Positions 19,201 to 28,399 of a stretch of DNA of 64,000 nt are shown in pieces; within the stretch, counting starts at the first letter, position 1; each line of letters opens with the position of its first letter. The DNA is taken from positions 17,209 to 81,208 of IMG/VR virus record IMGVR_UViG_3300017710_002137. The stretch is one strand, 5' to 3'. Under the pieces are notes generated by a model that worked only from the letters and a program-made list of their open reading frames with translations, was not told the DNA's origin and did no database searches. This DNA is from a virus. Both the position numbers and the translations under genes were made by a program.

Positions 19201-22200
19201 CCGTTTCACTTTCTAAAACAAATGCTTCTGCACCAAATGTTGAGATACAAGTATATCCTTCATCTCAAACTATAACTGCAAACTCTGTTGGTAGTGGTTC
19301 AGCAACCCCATCTAATTTATCAATTGTGGTATCTGAAGGAGGAACAACAAGAACAATATCCTCAATTGGAACAATAACAACAACTGGTGGATTAAGTGTA
19401 AATACACCAACTTCTCCATTTACAACAATATCGTTTACTTCAGATGCATCTGATATGACATCTGATACTGGTACAATTACGATACCAGTTACAACAACAA
19501 ATAGTGAAGGAAGTTCTGTAACAAAAACTATAACTGCAATTGTTACAAGAGCACGAGAAGGTGAAACTCCCGTATTAGTTACTCTTACTCCACAGGCTCA
19601 AACTATAACTGCAAATTCTTTGGGTAGTGGAAGTGAATCACCACAAACTATTAGTGTAAGTGCAAAACAAGGAAGTACTGATGTTTTTGATTCTATGACA
19701 GTTTCATATAGTGGAGGTATAGGTGGAACGATTTCAAGTAATAACTTAACATTTACAGATACGGCATCTGATATGACTTCTGATACAGAAACTATAACAT
19801 TTGCTGTAACATATACAGATTCTGCAGGGGATACATCTACTGAAAACATTACTGCAAATATTTCGAGAACAAGAGCTGCAAGACCAAATGTTGAGGTTTC
19901 GGTTTCTCCAACAGGACAAACAATAGAAGCAAATTCGCGTGGTAGTGGTTCGGCAACTCCACAAACTTTAACAGTAAGGGCACTTGAGGGTGGTACGAGT
20001 AGATTTGAAGAAATCACTAATGTTTCATTTTCAAATGGATTGGATGGTGATGATTCTCCATTATCAAACACAGTAGCATTTACATCAACTGCAACTGATA
20101 TGACATCTGATACCGGTACTGCAACTGTAACTGTTTCATACCAAGATAGTGAAGGAACACTTGGTACTAAAGATGTGATAGCAACAGTATCAAGAGTTAG
20201 AGTGGCTCAACCAGGTATAAATTTCTCAGTTACTCCTGCCGCTCAAACAATTGCTGCTAATTCAAATGGTACTTTAACTGGTACAATACAAGATGTAAGA
20301 GTTGATGGGTTTGAAGGTAATAGTGCTTTAACATATAATCAAGGAACTCTTAGTGCTGGTCAATATAAAATTACTAATGTAACTGGTGTAAGTGTTTCAG
20401 ATACAACACCATCGGATGAGAATATTGATATTACAGGTTTTAGTGGAGATAGTGCAACTGGTACTGCTTTTATTGGATTTAAAGATAACGAAGGAACTAC
20501 TGGTACAACAACTATTAAATTTACACTTTCTAAATCTAAAAAAGCAACACCAGTTGTTGCGATATCTGCAAATCCACAATCACAAACAGTTGATTCAAAT
20601 TCAGCATTTTCATCAGTTGGAACACCATCTGCTGTAACAATAATTGTTAACGAAGGTGGTAGTAATTATACACATACGACAGGTACGGTCACTGCAAATA
20701 AATTTAAAATTACTGGTGTAACAAATGGTACAAATAATAATGATGGAACTATTACACCAACCACACCAAGTGATGCCAATGGAACAACTTCTGTTGTAAC
20801 TTTAAGTTACACAAACTCAGAAGGTAGAGAATTTACATCGAAAACAATTACGGTTAATGTTGGTGTTGCAGTTCAAGGAGATGATGGAGCGGCTGGTCCT
20901 GGTATTACATTCGTTGGAGATTGTTCTGATTTAGCAAGTACATTTACTTGGACAAGTGATGAGAACACAAGACAAGTTACTAAGGTTGGTAGTTCGTATT
21001 ATATTACAAAAGATGCGGCCGATGGTGTAGCAAAATCAACAACAGGATGTCCTGGTGATACTGGTTGGGGAACTTACTTTGAAACAATGACATCTTTTGC
21101 ATCGGTTGCTACCGATGTACTTTTTGCTCAAGATGTTTACGCTAACAAAACAGTTAATATTGGTACATCTCCAAATGGAACTGAACCTGTAATCGCATTA
21201 AATGCAGATGCAAGTAATGATTATGCAAATCCATACATTGGAATCGGTACATCTGCTTATAATGGCACTGGTATATTCTTAGGATATAATAGTGATGTTG
21301 CTAAACTATCCTTAAAATCATCAACAAATTCGTTATTGTGGGATGGTACAAACCTTACAGTAAATGGTGGTGGTACATTCTCAGGTGATTTATCTGCAGC
21401 TGGTGGTACTTTTGAAGGTAGTTTATCAGTAGGTTCTGGTGATGATATATTAAAAGTTGATTCGAGTGGTAACTTACATATCGGAGATGCTAATTATGCG
21501 GATGCACCATTTAAGGTATCCAATGATGGTACACTTACAGCAACTGGAGCAACAATTAGTGGTGCAATTACTATAACTTCTGGTGATACCGCGGATGCAA
21601 TTGCTCAAGCAAAATCAGTTGCAGATGCGGCAACAGGAAGTGCCGCCACTGCTCTATCGGCCGCTCAAGGTGCTCAACAAGATGTTGATAACTTGAACAT
21701 ACCAACAGTACCAACTACATTTAATCCAAATAACTTGTCAAATGTTGGTACACCATCTGTTAGTGGATTACATTTAGGTGAGGATAAAATGGGATTCTAT
21801 AATGCAACTGCACCAGCTGGATGGAAATCTTATTTAGATAGTAGTGGTAACTTTTTTCTTGCAGGTACAAATAGTGGAGCTGCCGCTCCATTGAGTTTTA
21901 CAGGTACAACCGGTATCTTATCAGTTACAACAGGTGCAACAATTGGTGGTTGGACAATTGATTCAAATTCGATACACACTGGTACAAAAGGAAGTAGTGG
22001 AAACTTTACATCAGCAGGTGCTATAACAATTGGAAGTAGTGGTTTTATATCAGCAAATGGATTTTATATTGATACTGATGGTAACTTTGTACAAGAAACC
22101 ACAAAAACTAAACTAAAGAAAGATGGTGTTGCAACACCAAGAGCTTTATCTAATTTATTTGATATTGATTCATCTGAAATATTTATTAAAACTGCTGCAA

Positions 22201-23411
22201 AAATTGGTAGTGGAACTCAAAAGGGTAGTTTCTCAACTGCGTTTGCATTTGATACCGATGGTACGTTTTCTTTAAATAATGATTTTAGAATAAAAGGCTC
22301 ATCATCTGGAATCGGGACTCGATTTAATACTATATCTACCAACTTCTCAGCGATTGATACTCGAGACGGTTTCTGTGTATTACCTGGTACTAAAATAATT
22401 TCTAAAAGAGGTGAGATAAATGTAGAAGATACAAAAGAAGATGATGTAATCAAAATATTTAACTTTGAAACCAAAGAATGGGGATGGTCATCTATTGATG
22501 AAATTATTACTAATAAAGTACAAGGATGGAGTAAGATAGAAACAGAATTAGGTAAAAAGTTAAAATGTTCTAATTCACATTTACTATATCATCCTGATTA
22601 TCCTAATTGTGAAATTTCTGTTGATAAACTCGGAGTTGGTGGTGAGTTGTATGTTTATGCTGATGGAAGATTAGTTATTGATAAAATAAAAAGTATAGAA
22701 ACTTTTGATGAAGAAGTTGAGGTTTGGAATTATGAATTAGATGTAGTGCATAATTATATTTCAGATGGAATACTTTCACATAATATGTCTGCAAAATTAG
22801 ACGCAGTTGTAACATTAGGACACGCATATAAAAAGAGAATATCGGAAAATATTTCAAGAGGTGATTTAGTAAAAGTAGATTCAAATAATGAACTTATAAA
22901 AGTATCATCAGCAAAAGATACATCGGTGGTTGGTATTCTTTGGGAAAAATATGAATTAAAAATAACAAACCTAATAACTGGTTCCGTAGAGGATGGATAC
23001 ACTCCTTTTACAGCATCAGAAGAAATGGTATCCGCTTCATATTTGGATTCATTTGGTAATTATTTAACAAATAATGAAACTGGTTCAAAAGAAATGTGGA
23101 GAGTAGCATCTCTTGGGGATAGTATTGAATGGAATATATCCGGTTCTTACTTTAGTTTAACAGGATTTAAAATGTGTAATCAAGGTGGTGATGTTGTACC
23201 TGGTGATTTACTTTGTTCTTCAGATACTCCTGGTTATTTAATGAAACAACCATCAGAGTGGGTAGTAACAGGATTTAATGGAGATTCTACTCCAATTTAC
23301 GAAGAAAGACAATCACAATGTTCTTATACAGTAGCAAAATCTATGGAATCATCTTCGTGGGATTCTAATGGTAAAATGGAAGGCGTGTACGGATATCTAT
23401 ATTGTGGATAA
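16206..23411 (+). CDS. Long tail fibre/spike protein with internal repeats, Hint domain and C-terminal chaperone/peptidase-like domain
   Basis: 2401 aa, Ser/Thr/Gly-rich; ~110-aa beta repeats; fibre-like motifs APFKVSNDG and IGGWTI; Hint domain; C-terminus GDVVPGDLLCSSDTPGYLMKQ...YTVAK...YCG. Confidence 0.8.
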   Translation: MAIIKKFSPFQNLSNFSTFVDDDNPNSEYFKITEFKETFTGGKNGFLIEGCPELKESSEVKIELLDVEGNPIYFEPGDGIPEYYEGTSKLISVHVYEDTPIGLGKITILGELKQYKDSFGALVDIPNEWRGVYNVKWERTFQVNKNLSNETTVRFYKRPSVTITELIKPIFSKSIPTVTDTGHVHGFSITPSVGENITTWRAGTSYGLRLTSGSWDVDVDENIITISNPSYQARIIEVLDSKQVLVDIPYTENNIVTDFESGSYSVTYTDFQNQVVGETSLTGSFAKVDISQLKTFVGDVARVKVFRKSRNAVGDFQFVQESKLESSELLRDITTTSDTELSYGRFDENNLTNYWVTSSDSHPTSINSDVLSQAVKIDYDENVGGVQRLITSESISVSSDVEYTLNFRTLLSGSLDDSGKTIRAFFSSSNFTQDFTTISGSAIYRARQNISENIISQNTGDAKLVFEVQGSDWYISNVSLRNAQESSFSPDEFTLIQDIPRKTASETFDFRFEFYDINNNYIPVDVSAVGVFNGGNDFPTSAKLLTFESDRNAFRFSSGSVQNPKNQQIQLKITQNNLTGSILFESSAFDVDGNYLNPNDYTQYPGLLTGVNPAGGLITINNFTGSRTDNSPTPFVGSVIYTASLENLQEFETVYRLEDGDNAPQLIVTSNANQFTYEPTALEPKPSGQSITVRAQRKNLASLITPIEINSGSNKPKLNYVDTVNGIDTYTLTATTFSASFSDNSFDEVTYSFTGSDVFGNKQSDEITISKVVNFDGVSITLTNDSTTFRANGQGAVLDNFASGDGEVEVRIANKEIQHSDGLTSPNRFDIVSATATNVTEAYSSYTTNEYGISSLSADSGSLILSVKYLAGDNSTSQSFQKKVNYTKNRIASPSIVFDTTNKTQNVDAKSTGAQLSSFDSSTMAIREFYTGSLTSFSSANIDLTITSGSNDVSGNPLVTRSGLSLSYGELPNNTNSTQVGLTATVTDSEGTSREVSDTVSLSKTNASAPNVEIQVYPSSQTITANSVGSGSATPSNLSIVVSEGGTTRTISSIGTITTTGGLSVNTPTSPFTTISFTSDASDMTSDTGTITIPVTTTNSEGSSVTKTITAIVTRAREGETPVLVTLTPQAQTITANSLGSGSESPQTISVSAKQGSTDVFDSMTVSYSGGIGGTISSNNLTFTDTASDMTSDTETITFAVTYTDSAGDTSTENITANISRTRAARPNVEVSVSPTGQTIEANSRGSGSATPQTLTVRALEGGTSRFEEITNVSFSNGLDGDDSPLSNTVAFTSTATDMTSDTGTATVTVSYQDSEGTLGTKDVIATVSRVRVAQPGINFSVTPAAQTIAANSNGTLTGTIQDVRVDGFEGNSALTYNQGTLSAGQYKITNVTGVSVSDTTPSDENIDITGFSGDSATGTAFIGFKDNEGTTGTTTIKFTLSKSKKATPVVAISANPQSQTVDSNSAFSSVGTPSAVTIIVNEGGSNYTHTTGTVTANKFKITGVTNGTNNNDGTITPTTPSDANGTTSVVTLSYTNSEGREFTSKTITVNVGVAVQGDDGAAGPGITFVGDCSDLASTFTWTSDENTRQVTKVGSSYYITKDAADGVAKSTTGCPGDTGWGTYFETMTSFASVATDVLFAQDVYANKTVNIGTSPNGTEPVIALNADASNDYANPYIGIGTSAYNGTGIFLGYNSDVAKLSLKSSTNSLLWDGTNLTVNGGGTFSGDLSAAGGTFEGSLSVGSGDDILKVDSSGNLHIGDANYADAPFKVSNDGTLTATGATISGAITITSGDTADAIAQAKSVADAATGSAATALSAAQGAQQDVDNLNIPTVPTTFNPNNLSNVGTPSVSGLHLGEDKMGFYNATAPAGWKSYLDSSGNFFLAGTNSGAAAPLSFTGTTGILSVTTGATIGGWTIDSNSIHTGTKGSSGNFTSAGAITIGSSGFISANGFYIDTDGNFVQETTKTKLKKDGVATPRALSNLFDIDSSEIFIKTAAKIGSGTQKGSFSTAFAFDTDGTFSLNNDFRIKGSSSGIGTRFNTISTNFSAIDTRDGFCVLPGTKIISKRGEINVEDTKEDDVIKIFNFETKEWGWSSIDEIITNKVQGWSKIETELGKKLKCSNSHLLYHPDYPNCEISVDKLGVGGELYVYADGRLVIDKIKSIETFDEEVEVWNYELDVVHNYISDGILSHNMSAKLDAVVTLGHAYKKRISENISRGDLVKVDSNNELIKVSSAKDTSVVGILWEKYELKITNLITGSVEDGYTPFTASEEMVSASYLDSFGNYLTNNETGSKEMWRVASLGDSIEWNISGSYFSLTGFKMCNQGGDVVPGDLLCSSDTPGYLMKQPSEWVVTGFNGDSTPIYEERQSQCSYTVAKSMESSSWDSNGKMEGVYGYLYCG
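19230..20870 (+). repeat. About five tandem ~110-aa (Ig-like) repeats in the tail fibre
   Basis: Recurring P-x-x-QT(I/V)-x-(A/S)NS. F-T-x-x-A-(S/T)-DMTSDT occurs three times, with (N/D)SEG-type turns. Boundaries are approximate. Confidence 0.75.
22374..22784 (+). other. Hint (intein-like) domain, aa 2057-2193 of the tail fibre, without homing endonuclease
   Basis: N-terminal CVLPGTKI, block B LKCSNSHLL, block F/G VWNYELDVVHNYISDGILSHN. The next residue is Met. Confidence 0.88.
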
Positions 23412-23421
23412 AAAATAATTA

Positions 23422-24414
23422 ATGAAGGTTTTTGTAACAACAGGTTGTGGTAACATCATTCAAGGTGGTGCTGATATGTGGACTAATAATTTTATAGAAT
23501 TAGTTTTACCTCATCTTTCTGAATACTATATTTTGGTAGATTCTAAAAAACCAATTGGATGGAAAGATACATATCATCTTGAGAAAAGTGGTAAATTACA
23601 CTTTCACTTAGAAAACGAAGAAAAAACAGATTTTATTTTAAGAGTTTGTAAGGAAATTCATTTCTTACATGCAAACTACCATAAAAGAGAACATCTTTGG
23701 AAACATAAAGATAAGTGGGGAACTATTTTTGTACAAGCATATTTACCAGATATGTTAGATTATGGAGATTCACTAAGACAGTTTAATACAAGTGTAGTAG
23801 AAGAAGATGTAGATTATTTACTTACTCATTGTAAGAAAAGAATTTGGATTGGAAATAATCCTTCTCGTATCTTTGGTAAGTTTAAAACTGATACCATACC
23901 AAACTTTTATGAATTTAAACAAAATAAACCATTAAATAAAATTAATAATAAACTTGGATTTACTTCTCGAATTGAATCAAGAAAAAATGTGCATTATTTA
24001 GATGGATTACCATCTTATGTTTTGAGTGGTTACTATGATTGGAAAAACATATCTGAAACGAACAGGTTTGATTTCTCTAAGGTTAAATACTTTAAATGGA
24101 ACATTGATATACTTGAATCGTTTATGAACCTTAAATGGAGTATTTCACATTCATGTCATACTAACGAACCATTTGGTTACTCCATCTTTCAGGCAGTAGA
24201 TTGGGGTAAGTTGCCTATCTTAGATGAGAATTGGGGAGAAGTTGATTACAAATATAGAGCATCTACCAAACAAGAATTTAAAGAAGTGTATGAAACTATA
24301 TTATCAGATAATCATGAAACACACTTAAAACAATTTAATAATTTAAAACAATATTTAAAATCCTTTGATGATAAAAATAGGTGGTCATCGGAGGTTGTTA
24401 GTATTTTTAATTAA
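23422..24414 (+). CDS. GT-B glycosyltransferase (GT4-like)
   Basis: N-terminal GGA loop, SRIESRKN, NEPFGYSIFQA...GKLPI motif. Confidence 0.7.
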   Translation: MKVFVTTGCGNIIQGGADMWTNNFIELVLPHLSEYYILVDSKKPIGWKDTYHLEKSGKLHFHLENEEKTDFILRVCKEIHFLHANYHKREHLWKHKDKWGTIFVQAYLPDMLDYGDSLRQFNTSVVEEDVDYLLTHCKKRIWIGNNPSRIFGKFKTDTIPNFYEFKQNKPLNKINNKLGFTSRIESRKNVHYLDGLPSYVLSGYYDWKNISETNRFDFSKVKYFKWNIDILESFMNLKWSISHSCHTNEPFGYSIFQAVDWGKLPILDENWGEVDYKYRASTKQEFKEVYETILSDNHETHLKQFNNLKQYLKSFDDKNRWSSEVVSIFN

Positions 24415-24425
24415 TATATTTTTAT

Positions 24426-24564
24426 ATATTTATATACGTTTACTGATTTTGACCATACTTATAAACATGGGGGTTTGGGGGTAGTGCAAGACACTAAGAC
24501 AACTGACAAATAAAAAGACAAATTAAATACCTATAACTAAGACACTAAAGTAGTTATGACACTA
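24426..24564 (+). repeat. Intergenic element: late motif, GGGGG-TTT-GGGGG and six GACA(C/A) direct repeats
   Basis: AAGACACTAA at 24488 and 24539; GACA also at 24498, 24505, 24517 and 24558; G-tracts at 24469-24481. Confidence 0.6.
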
Positions 24565-25338
24565 TTCAATCTCGATTTTTTGCGTGAACATTTAACGAAT
24601 AATCAAATACCTCAAACTGATGTAAATGGTAATGAGTTTCATGTTCACAAACCTGTTCCTTATAGATGGACTCATGGAGCAACTGACTTAACTCTTGGTG
24701 ATGGGTTGTTAATTTATTCTATAATTCATTACATGAGAGCAAAAGTTTGTGTTTGTTTGGGTAGTGGTGGTGGATTCATTCCAAGAATCATGACACAAGC
24801 AAGGGTTGATTTATATGATTCACAAATATTTGAAGGAAATAGAGATTATAATTGGGGAGATATAGGTTGTACTTATCTTGTTGATGCTGATAATGGTGTG
24901 GGTGGGAATGTTGATTGGAAAGATGAAAACTCTTTTTTAAGAAAAAACTTTTTTCCAAGAATTATATTAGATACAACTGAAAACGCATATTATAACTTTT
25001 TTGTTAAAGAAGATATCAAGATAGATTATCTACATATAGATGCTGGACATTCATACGAGGATGTTCATAATGATTTCACACTTTATTCAAAGATATTATC
25101 TCCACATGGAATTATATCAATACATGATACTGATGTATCTTTTGAAAAAGATTTAATTGTAACCGAAGATGTTAAATCTAAAGATGACCAAGACAATATT
25201 ACAAATGGCCCCTCAAAATTAATTGAAGAATTGAAATCAAATAAAGATTGGGAAATTTTCAACTTTTTTAATAACGGTATATTTAAGACTAAACCGAGTT
25301 CTACTGGTTTGACAATTCTTCAAAGATGCAGAAAATAA
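24556..25338 (+). CDS. Class I SAM methyltransferase (Methyltransf_24-like, probably sugar O-methylation)
   Basis: CLGSGGG, IDYLHIDAGHSYE, GIISIHDT. Confidence 0.8.
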   Translation: MTLFNLDFLREHLTNNQIPQTDVNGNEFHVHKPVPYRWTHGATDLTLGDGLLIYSIIHYMRAKVCVCLGSGGGFIPRIMTQARVDLYDSQIFEGNRDYNWGDIGCTYLVDADNGVGGNVDWKDENSFLRKNFFPRIILDTTENAYYNFFVKEDIKIDYLHIDAGHSYEDVHNDFTLYSKILSPHGIISIHDTDVSFEKDLIVTEDVKSKDDQDNITNGPSKLIEELKSNKDWEIFNFFNNGIFKTKPSSTGLTILQRCRK

Positions 25339-26168
25339 ATTTGGTTACAGTTGTTGGGCACAACACTACACTTCTTTCACATATGATAAACCACTACAAA
25401 GATATCGTTGATGATATTTATGTTGTTGTTTATAGACAACACTCACTTGATGGAATATTAGAAGAGGTACTTAATCTTGGTATCAAACCATATAAAGTAG
25501 TAACAGAAAAAAAATTTAATTGGGAAAGAGTAACTCAATTATACAACGAAGTAAAGCAAACCAAACCCGATGAGTGGTGGGTGGTTTCGGACGATGATGA
25601 ACTTCATGTTTACCCAAAACCCTTAAGAGAACTTATTACAGAATGTGATGAGAATGGGTGGGAGTTTATCACAGGAGGATTCCTCGATAGGATAGGAGAG
25701 GATGGTGAGTTTCCTTTGGTAACAAAAGAAACTAATATTTGGGAATCGTTTCCATTTGCTGGATTTTTTAGATATCCAATGAGTGGAGCGATGCCAAATA
25801 AATGTTGTGTAATGAAAGGTTCTGTGGATGTAACACCTGGTCAACACTTTGCTGTGATTGGTGATACTGATACTTGGAGAGAACGAGGATGGAATCATCC
25901 TAAAAGATATCCTATTGAAAAAGGATTAATCCAAGTACATCATTTTAAATGGGATTCAACTGTTTTAAAAAGATTAAAAGAAGTTTCAGAAACAAAAAAA
26001 GATTATTCCTTTTGGAAAGAGTACAAAAAAATGTACAGAGCCATTCAAGTATTTGATTGGAAAATAGATGTGAATAATCCTGAGTTTATGTTTGAAAGAA
26101 TGGGAGATAGTGGATACTTTGATTATATGAAGTGGAAAGAACTCTCAGATGTTATAGTAAAAATCTAA
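25326..26168 (+). CDS. GT-A glycosyltransferase (GT2-like)
   Basis: WWVVSDDDELH DxD motif; K...GQH; HHFKW. Confidence 0.7.
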   Translation: MQKINLVTVVGHNTTLLSHMINHYKDIVDDIYVVVYRQHSLDGILEEVLNLGIKPYKVVTEKKFNWERVTQLYNEVKQTKPDEWWVVSDDDELHVYPKPLRELITECDENGWEFITGGFLDRIGEDGEFPLVTKETNIWESFPFAGFFRYPMSGAMPNKCCVMKGSVDVTPGQHFAVIGDTDTWRERGWNHPKRYPIEKGLIQVHHFKWDSTVLKRLKEVSETKKDYSFWKEYKKMYRAIQVFDWKIDVNNPEFMFERMGDSGYFDYMKWKELSDVIVKI

Positions 26169-27629
26169 ATGAAAGATAAGTTAGCGATAATAGTTCCGTA
26201 TAGAGATAGACAAGACCACTTAGATGTCTTTGTTCCTCATATGCACGAGTTCCTCAAAGATAAAGGAATCGAATACACTATTTTTATTGCCGAACAAACA
26301 GATGATAGACCATTCAACTATGGAAAACTGTGTAACATAGCATCAAAAGAAGTTGGAGAAGAATACACTTACTTTGCTTTTCACGATATCGATATGTTAC
26401 CAATGAATGATGAGTGTGATTATGGTTATCCTGAATCACCAACTCATTTAGCAAGTAATGTTGAGGCACATGGTGGTGAATTACCTTACCCACAATACTT
26501 TGGTGGTGTTATTCTAATGAGTAGAGAAGATTTCGAAACAGCAAACGGATATTCAAATGAATATTGGGGTTATGGTTTTGAAGATTTAGATTTACTTTAC
26601 AGATTAGAAAGAAGTGGTGCTTACTTAGAAAAAAAATATGATTTAAATAATGTATATTCTAACTATGATGAGTTAGATGTTCTACCATATAGGATTGAAA
26701 ATGTAAATGTTTGTAATGAGAAACGAATTCAACAAATGGAATACAATACATTTTCTGAAAGTGATTACATATATGGATTACTAAATCCACTTACTAAAAA
26801 AATGGTTAAAGATTCGTTTAGTATTTCATTTTGGTTCAATGATGATTTTGAGCGTAAAATGAAAAAAAACTTATTTGTATTTGAAGGATGTGATAGTGGA
26901 TTGTTTTTGAGTAGGGGAAATGAAATAATAGCACAAATTTGGGATAATAAAGATAATCACGAAGAAATTATATTATCTTACTCAAGAAACAGATGGAATC
27001 ATTGTGTATATTCATATGATAGTAAAGAAAATATTTTAAAGTTATCTATAAACGATAAAACAAAAGAGATAAAATTAAAAGATAGTTTTGAGATATATGA
27101 TTACTCTAAAAATAATATAAAAATATCAGATGATTCCACATCTATAATGATATCAAATATTTTAGCGTTTGATTCTTACTTAAGTAATGAAATTATAAAC
27201 ATATTATATAATAGAGGTAATTCATCTTTAGATGATATACATAATAAATTTGGGTTATCACCTGTAATAAACTTAAAATATAATTCTTTATATAAACAAT
27301 CAATTTTATTAGATAGTGGTTCTTACAAAAATCACTTAAAGTTTTATGGAAGTTTACAATCAGATAAATTAACATATACACCAAATGAATTATATCTGCC
27401 AATAAGATTAGATTCTGAATATAAATCTTTAGTTCACAAAAACGATACAGATATAATAAAAAGATATTACGAATACGACCCGGATATTACAGAAAATTCT
27501 GATATATTTTTTCACGATGTGATTCCAAATAAATTAGATTATAAATCCATAGGATTGAGTACATTAAATTACAGTATATTAGATATACAAAATAAAAAAA
27601 ATTATGAACTTATTAGAATTGTTACATAA
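26169..27629 (+). CDS. GT7 (beta-1,4-galactosyltransferase-like) with inserted LamG-like domain
   Basis: IIVPYRDR, FNYGKLCN, FHDIDMLP, YFGGV, NGYSNEYWGYGFEDLD; central FSISFWF...WNHCVYSYD; terminal GLSTLNY. Confidence 0.85.
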   Translation: MKDKLAIIVPYRDRQDHLDVFVPHMHEFLKDKGIEYTIFIAEQTDDRPFNYGKLCNIASKEVGEEYTYFAFHDIDMLPMNDECDYGYPESPTHLASNVEAHGGELPYPQYFGGVILMSREDFETANGYSNEYWGYGFEDLDLLYRLERSGAYLEKKYDLNNVYSNYDELDVLPYRIENVNVCNEKRIQQMEYNTFSESDYIYGLLNPLTKKMVKDSFSISFWFNDDFERKMKKNLFVFEGCDSGLFLSRGNEIIAQIWDNKDNHEEIILSYSRNRWNHCVYSYDSKENILKLSINDKTKEIKLKDSFEIYDYSKNNIKISDDSTSIMISNILAFDSYLSNEIINILYNRGNSSLDDIHNKFGLSPVINLKYNSLYKQSILLDSGSYKNHLKFYGSLQSDKLTYTPNELYLPIRLDSEYKSLVHKNDTDIIKRYYEYDPDITENSDIFFHDVIPNKLDYKSIGLSTLNYSILDIQNKKNYELIRIVT

Positions 27630-28161
27630 CGAAAAAGTTGTTAAAACTCTTGAAAAGATTGATAATGACTTGAAAGATTTAACAGAACCAAGTTCTGATG
27701 ATAAATCTATATTTTTAAAAGTTATATTAATAGTTGAAACATTGTTCTTACAAAATAAAAACTCAAGAACAGCAAATATTGGTAGATTCTTTTCAAGATA
27801 CTATGATAAACAAACAGATATTGATGATATCAATGAAGATATTAAAATGAAAACTGTAAAACGAGATGATATAAAATTTCGTTTAGATGATTTATCGGTA
27901 GAGAAAGAAAAGTTAGAATATAGATTACAAGAAATAAATGCAGAAATAGATACTAAACAATGGGAGCCTCAAAAAATAGAAGATGAGTTGGAGAACTTAA
28001 AATGGGAGCCTAAAAGATTACAAGATTGGATTGATGAGGCATCCTTTCCAATCGATAACGAAGGTCTTGAAGGTTTCATATTTGAAAAACTAAAAGAAGA
28101 ATTAATTTATAACAAAAAACTAAATTACAATTATGGCAAAGAACGAGACAACGAAGGTTAA
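27604..28161 (+). CDS. Hypothetical coiled-coil protein
   Basis: Charged heptad pattern with a repeated WEP motif. Overlaps both neighbours in operon fashion. Confidence 0.55.
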   Translation: MNLLELLHNEKVVKTLEKIDNDLKDLTEPSSDDKSIFLKVILIVETLFLQNKNSRTANIGRFFSRYYDKQTDIDDINEDIKMKTVKRDDIKFRLDDLSVEKEKLEYRLQEINAEIDTKQWEPQKIEDELENLKWEPKRLQDWIDEASFPIDNEGLEGFIFEKLKEELIYNKKLNYNYGKERDNEG

Positions 28162-28399
28162 ATCTCTTGAAGAAAGAGGTGTAAAGGCCCTTGAATCTAT
28201 TGCGGGTTCAATTGGAGACATCAACGATTGGTTGTATGAATTAGATGCTGATATGTGGCAAGAAAGATTGGAGTGGTACTTGAATGAGTTCTACCAAATC
28301 GCTAAAACAAAAACAGTAGGAACAACAAATAGACCAGAAAGAGGTAGTGAAAGAATCCAAGAGAATACAGAAACTCAAGGAGAAGAAAGTAAATCATAA
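28133..28399 (+). CDS. Hypothetical protein (88 aa)
   Basis: Plausible composition and codon usage; in the operon. Confidence 0.55.
   Translation: MAKNETTKVKSLEERGVKALESIAGSIGDINDWLYELDADMWQERLEWYLNEFYQIAKTKTVGTTNRPERGSERIQENTETQGEESKS

Noticed and set aside
22374-22784. Mobile intein
   Set aside because: There is no homing endonuclease and the +1 residue is Met. Treated as a Hint cleavage domain instead.
24488-24564. CRISPR array
   Set aside because: The repeats are only 4-10 bp with irregular short spacing, and there are no cas genes.
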